Positions 15,001-21,000 of a stretch of 64,000 nt of DNA are shown here, in pieces; position 1 is the stretch's first letter; every line of letters begins with the position of its first letter. The notes beneath the pieces are model-generated. The model saw nothing but the letters and a program-made list of their open reading frames with translations, did no database searches and was not told where the DNA came from. The DNA is taken from assembly GCA_964572255.1 (NCBI GenBank), contig CAZNEE010000003.1, forward strand, positions 182,539-246,538. Direction: 5' to 3'. Both the position numbers and the translations under genes were made by a program. Origin of the DNA: an uncultured Planctomycetia bacterium (GTDB lineage: Bacteria; Omnitrophota; Gorgyraeia; Tantalellales; Tantalellaceae).

Positions 15001-18000
15001 TATCCTGCCGGATCAAAGCATCCTCTACGCTGGCCAGAGATGCCCTCTTTTCGCCCTGGTAATAGAAAACGCCTATTGATCTCACTGACACCCCGTCGCT
15101 GCCATAGGTGTAAGAGAAGTCCGCTATTTCGTCTCCCTTGCCGAGATGAATATCAAAGAAGGTCGAACTCTTGCGGTTGGTTTGGGCGACCTTGAAAATT
15201 GAATCTGTCTTGTGTGTATCCTGCTGGATCATCGCGTCTTCTACGCCTGCTTCGCTTGCCCTCTTGCCGCCCTGATAGAAGAAAATACCTACGTTTCTTA
15301 CTGTAGTTCCACCTCCCGCATAATTATAGCTATAGTCTACTATTTCTTCACCCTTGCCGAGATGTATATCAAAGAACATTGAGCTCTTGCGGTTGGTATC
15401 AGCTATTTTAAAAATTGAATCCGTCTTATGTGTATCCTGCTGTACTAATGCGTCTTCTGTCCCCGCTTCACTTGCCCTCTTTATGCCCTGATAATAGAAA
15501 ACACCCACACTTCTTACGGTCGTTCCGTCCAAGCTATAGGTGTAGGTATAATCCGCTATCTCGTCGCCTTTGCCATACGTCGTATCAAAGAAAGTTGAAC
15601 TTATACGGTTAGAAACGGCACCCTGAAAAATAGAATCTGTCTTGTGTGTATCCTGCCGGATCATCGCGTCTTCTGACTCCGCTACGCTTGCTCTCTTGTC
15701 TCCTTCATAATAGAACACTCCCACTGTCCTTACCGTTGTCCCGTCACCTGCATAGTTATAGCTGTAATCGGCTATTTCGTCGCCTTTCCCGAGATGTATA
15801 TCAAAAAAGGTTGAACTCTTGCGGTTAGTATCAGCGATCTTGTATATTGAATCCGCCTTATGTGTATCCTGCTGAACCATCGCGTCTTCCGATCCGGCAA
15901 GAGATGCCCTATTATCATCCTCGTAATAAAAGACATTAACCGTTCTTACGGTCGTACCGTTAGAAGCATAGGTATAGGAATAATCCGCTATTTCGCCGCC
16001 TTTGCCGTGAGTTATATCGAAGAAAGTCGAACTTCTTCGGTTCTCCTTGCTTGCCTCATTAATAAAGGAAATAGCATCCGATCCGGCATGACCTTCTGTA
16101 GCCTTATATGTGTCCTGCTGGATCATCGCGTCTTCCGTTCCGGCAAGAGATGCCCTATTCCCTCCCTCGTAATAGAAAATACCTACGTTTCTTACTGTAG
16201 TTCCATTGCCCGCATAATTATAGGTATAGTCTGCTATCTCTTCGCCTTTACCGTGATGTATATCAAAAAAGGTTGAACTCTTGCGGTTAGTATCAGCGAC
16301 CTGAAAAATAGAAGCTATCTTGTGGGTATCCTGCTGGATCATCGCGTCTTCTACGCCCGCTAAAGACGCTCTCTTTGCGCCCTGATAATATAGAACACTC
16401 ACGGTTCTTACTGTAGTACCGTCGCCGCCGTAATTATAGGTATAGTCCGCTATCTCATCGCCTTTTCCGAGATGTGTTTCAAAGAAGGTAGAACTCCTGC
16501 GGTTAGCCAAAGCTGCATTGCTGATCAGACCTGTTTTATGCGTATCCTGGCGGCTGAGAGCATCTTCCACTTCTGCCAGAGACGCTCGTTTATCCCCTTG
16601 ATAATAAAATACGCCTACTGTTCTTACGGTAGTTCCGTCGCCCGCATAATTATAAGTATAATCGGCAACTTCCTCGCCTTTACCTAAATGTATATCGAAA
16701 AAGGTCGAACTTACCCGGTTAGTATCGGCGACTTTGTAAATTGAATCTGTTTTATGGGTATCCTGTCGGATCATCGCATCTTCCGGTCTTGCCAAAGATG
16801 CCCTTCTTTCCCCTTCAAAGAAGAAGATGTTTACAGTCCTTACGGTTGTTCCGTCACCGCCGTAATTATAGGTATAATCTGTTATTTCTTCGCCTTTGCC
16901 GAGATGTATGTCAAAGAAAGTGGAGCTCTTGCGGTTGGCATCGGCTATTTTGAGGATAGAATCGGTTTTGTGCGTATCCTGGCGGATCATCGCGTCTTCC
17001 GATCCCGCAAGATTGGCTCTATTGTCTCCCTCGTAATATAAGACAAGAACATTTCTGACCGTTGTGCCGTCACCGGCATAGCTATAAGTATAATCCGCTA
17101 TTTCGTCACCTTTACCCAGGTGGATATCAAAGAAAGTGGAGCTTTTGCGGTTGGTATCGGCAATATTGTAGATCGAATCTGCTTTATGCGTATCCTGACG
17201 AACAAGAGCATCTTGCGAACCTACTTCGCTTGCCCTCTTTTCGCCTTCGTAATATAGAACAGATACCGTCCTGACCGTTGTTCCGTCACTTGCGTAACTG
17301 TAAGTATAATCCGCGACTTCGTCTCCCTTACCCAAATGGATCTCAAAGAAAGTGGAACTTTTGCGATTAGTTTTATTGACTTCATCTACATAATCGATCG
17401 CATCCTGATCCGTGTGATCTTTGTCTGCCGCATACGTATCCTGCTGGATCATCGCGTCTTCCGCTTCCGCAAGATCAGCTCTCTCGCCTCCCTCGTAATA
17501 CATTATTCCTATAGTCCTTACCGTGGTACCGTTAGACGCATAGCTATATGTATAATCCGCTATTTCTTCGCCTTTACCGAGATGAGGATCAAAAAATGTA
17601 GAGTTTACCCTATTATCCAGCGCTATTGTTCCTATTGAATCTGTCCTGTGCATATCCTGACGAACAAGGGCATCTTCATGCTCCGCCAAACTTGCTCTTA
17701 CATCTCCCTGATAATAAAAAACTCCCACAGTTTTTACAGTTGTTCCGTTGGAAGTGTAATTGTAGATGTAATCCGCTATTTCTTCGCCTTTACCGAGATG
17801 TATATCAAAGAAGGTTGAACTTGTACGGTTATCTAAAGCGACATTCGAAATTGAATCCGTTTTATGGGTATCCTGCTGGATCATTGCGTCTTCCGAACTG
17901 GCTTCGCTTGCCTTCACATTGCCCTGGTAGAAGAAAATACCGACCGTTCTTACGCTTGTTCCGTCGGACGCATAGCCATAGTTATAATTTGCGATCTCAT

Positions 18001-21000
18001 CGCCTTTGCCGAGATGTATATCAAAAAAGGTTGAACTTGTGCGGTTCTCATCCTTTACATTGTCGATCGAATCCGTCCTATGTGAATCCTGCTGGATGAG
18101 GGCGTCTGTTACTTCCGCTAAACTTGCTCTTACATCATCCTGATAATAGAAAACCCCCACTGTTCTTACAACCGTACCGGTACTGTCATAATTGTAAGTG
18201 TAATCCGCGACTTCATCTCCCTTGCCGAGATGTACATCAAAGAAAGTCGAACTTCTGCGGTTATCTAAAGCGACTTTTGAAATTGAATCTGTTTTATGAG
18301 TATCCTGCTGTACCATCGCGTCTTCCACTTTTGCAAGAGACGCTCTTACATCCCCCTCATAATACATAACACCAACAGTTCTCACTGTAATGCCATCACT
18401 TGCATAATTATAGGTATAATCCGCTACTTCCTCACCCTTGCCGTGATGTATATCAAAGAATGTTGAGTTTGTTCGATTGGCATCTTCTACTGCACTGATC
18501 GAGGTAATGTTATGAGTATCTTGTCTGATCAAAGCATCATCTGTTCCTGCCAGAGATGCCCTATTGTTACCTTCATAATACATAACACTTACTGTTCTTA
18601 CGGTCGTTCCGTCACCTGCATAATTATAGGTATAGTCGACTATCTCGTCTCCCTTGCCGTGATGGATATCAAAGAAAGTGGAATTTTTACGATTGGTATC
18701 CGCAATTTCGTAAATCGAATCTGCTTTGTGGGTGTCCTGCTGGACCATCGCGTCTTCCAAGCCCGCTTCACTCGCCCTTACACCGCCCTGATAGTAGAAA
18801 ATACCTACCGATCTTACGGTCGTTCCGTCATTCGCGTAGGTATAAGTATAGTCTGATATCTCATCGCCCTTACCGAGATGTATATCAAAGAAGGTCGAAC
18901 TCTTTCGGTTTTCCTCGGCAATACTGTTAATTGAGTCCGTCTTATGCGTATCCTGCTGGATCATCGCGTCTTCCGCTACCGCAAGAGACGCTCTTACATT
19001 CCCTTCATATAAGAAAACGCCCACGGTTCTTACTGTTGTGCCGTTAGATGCGTAACTATAGGAGTAATCTGCTACCTCATCGCCTTTACCGAGATGAATA
19101 TCATAATATGTTGAACTTCTGCGGTTATCTAAAGCGACATTGCCGATCGAATCTGTTTTATGGCTATCCTGGCGTATCATCGCGTCAGCAGCTCTTGCAA
19201 CGCTTGCTCTTCTTTCCCCTTCATAATAGAAAACACCTACTGATTTCACATTTACACCGTCAGAATAACTATAGGTATAATCCGCTATTTCCTCGCCTTT
19301 CCCGAGATGTATGTCAAAGAAAGTCGACGCCTTACGGTTTGAATTGTTTACGTCTCCAATAGTGTCTGCCTTGTGTGTATCCTGCTGAATAAGCGCATCG
19401 TCCGCTCCTGCAAGATCCGCTCTATTCCCTCCCTCGTAATAGAAAACCCCTATTGACCTTACTACTGTTCCGCCCGCTCCATAAGTATAGGTATAATCCG
19501 TTATTTCATCGCCCTTACCAAGATGAGTGTCAAAGAAAGTCGAACTTACGCGGTTATCATTCTCTACTAAGTCGATTGATATGGTTCTGTGGGTATCCTG
19601 CTGGACCAATGGATCATCCACTCCGGCCAGGCTTGCCCTTACGCCTCCATCGTAGAAGAAAACACCTACGGTTCTTACGGTCGTCCCATTAGAAGCATAG
19701 CTATAAACATAATCCGCTATTTCATCGCCTTTACCTAAATGTATATCAAAGTATGTAGAACTTTTCCTGTCTTCAAAAGTCGTGTCGTCAACTTCATCTA
19801 TAGACGATTTCCGGTAGCTATCCTGACGGACCATTTCATCGTTCGTACTGGCCAGACTTGCCCTTATCTCGCCGTTATAATAGAACACGTTCACTGTTCT
19901 TACATCCGTTCCATTACCCGCATAGTTATAAGAATAATCCGCTATTTCCTCGCCCTTGCCGTTATGAATATCGAAAAAGGTGGAGGATCTTCTTGTTTCA
20001 ATGTCATCTAACGCATTCTGCAGTGAATCCGCCCTGTGTGTATCCTGCTGGATCATCGCATCTGCCAGAAAAGCTGCACTTGCCCTTTTGTCCCCTTCAT
20101 AATAGAAAATCCCGACGCTTGTAACGGTCGTGCCGTTAGAAGCGTAACTATACGTATAATCAGAAACTTCCGAACCCTTCCCTAAATGTGTATCAAAACG
20201 TGTCGTGGATATTCTCGTATCGATATTATTGACAGCTTCAGTTATTGATGCGGCATCATGTGAATCCTGTTTAGATAGCGGGAAATAACTTTCAGAAACG
20301 GAAGCCCGGTCGTCATTATCCCCGTAATAAAGGATGTTCACGGTTTTTACCGTCACGCCGTCCGGTTTATAGCTGTAGGTAAAATCCCCGATCTCTTCAC
20401 CCTTGCCGAGATGGATATCAAAAAAGGTGGACGATTTTCTTGTAGTAATATCGGCCAACGCGGATGCCAGTGAATCTGTTCTATGAGAATCCTGCTGGAT
20501 CATCGCATCTTCCGGAGTTGCATCTACGGCCCGCTTATCACCTTCGTAATAATATATACTCACGTTCTTGACCACAGTCCCGGTTTTATCATAATTGTAA
20601 GTATAATCCAGGACCTCTTCACCTTTTAGCCTTGTCGCAAAATCGAAAAATGAAACACTGTCGAGCTGGCTTACATGCGCATCGATCACGCCGTCAGGTT
20701 CGGTATCCGGGTTTAGCGGATCGATCTGGCCTCGATACGTTACCTGTCTGCTCATGCGGTCACCCGTATCGGAACCGGCTGCTCTTTGAAGGCCGGCTTC
20801 GTATAAATACACTACCGTTCTCGAAACCTCCTGGTCGGCATTATATCTTTCGGTATAGTCGTTAATTTCCTCGCCCTTGATCCTTCCTTCATAATGCATG
20901 TAATTCATGCTTGAGAGCTGTTCTTCCGCGCCGACCAAGATGCCTCTTGCGTCCGTAGCGGCCTGGATATCGGCAATTTCTCCGGAATAAACTACATTGA

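Noticed and set aside
7940-20640. Strong tandem periodicity that could be mistaken for a CRISPR array or non-coding satellite.
   Set aside because: The period is 216 bp (72 codons), with no alternation of short conserved repeats and unique spacers. One reading frame is open through all copies and encodes a conserved peptide. It is a coding repeat inside gene A.
7940-20640. Calling gene A an Rhs/YD-repeat or teneurin-like protein.
   Set aside because: The DYTYNYAGDGTTV / VGVFYY hairpins only loosely resemble the YD consensus (Y.YD..GRL). The 72-aa unit is much longer than a YD repeat, and no RHS core or toxin-like C-terminus is visible in the window. I kept it as a possibility only, not an annotation.
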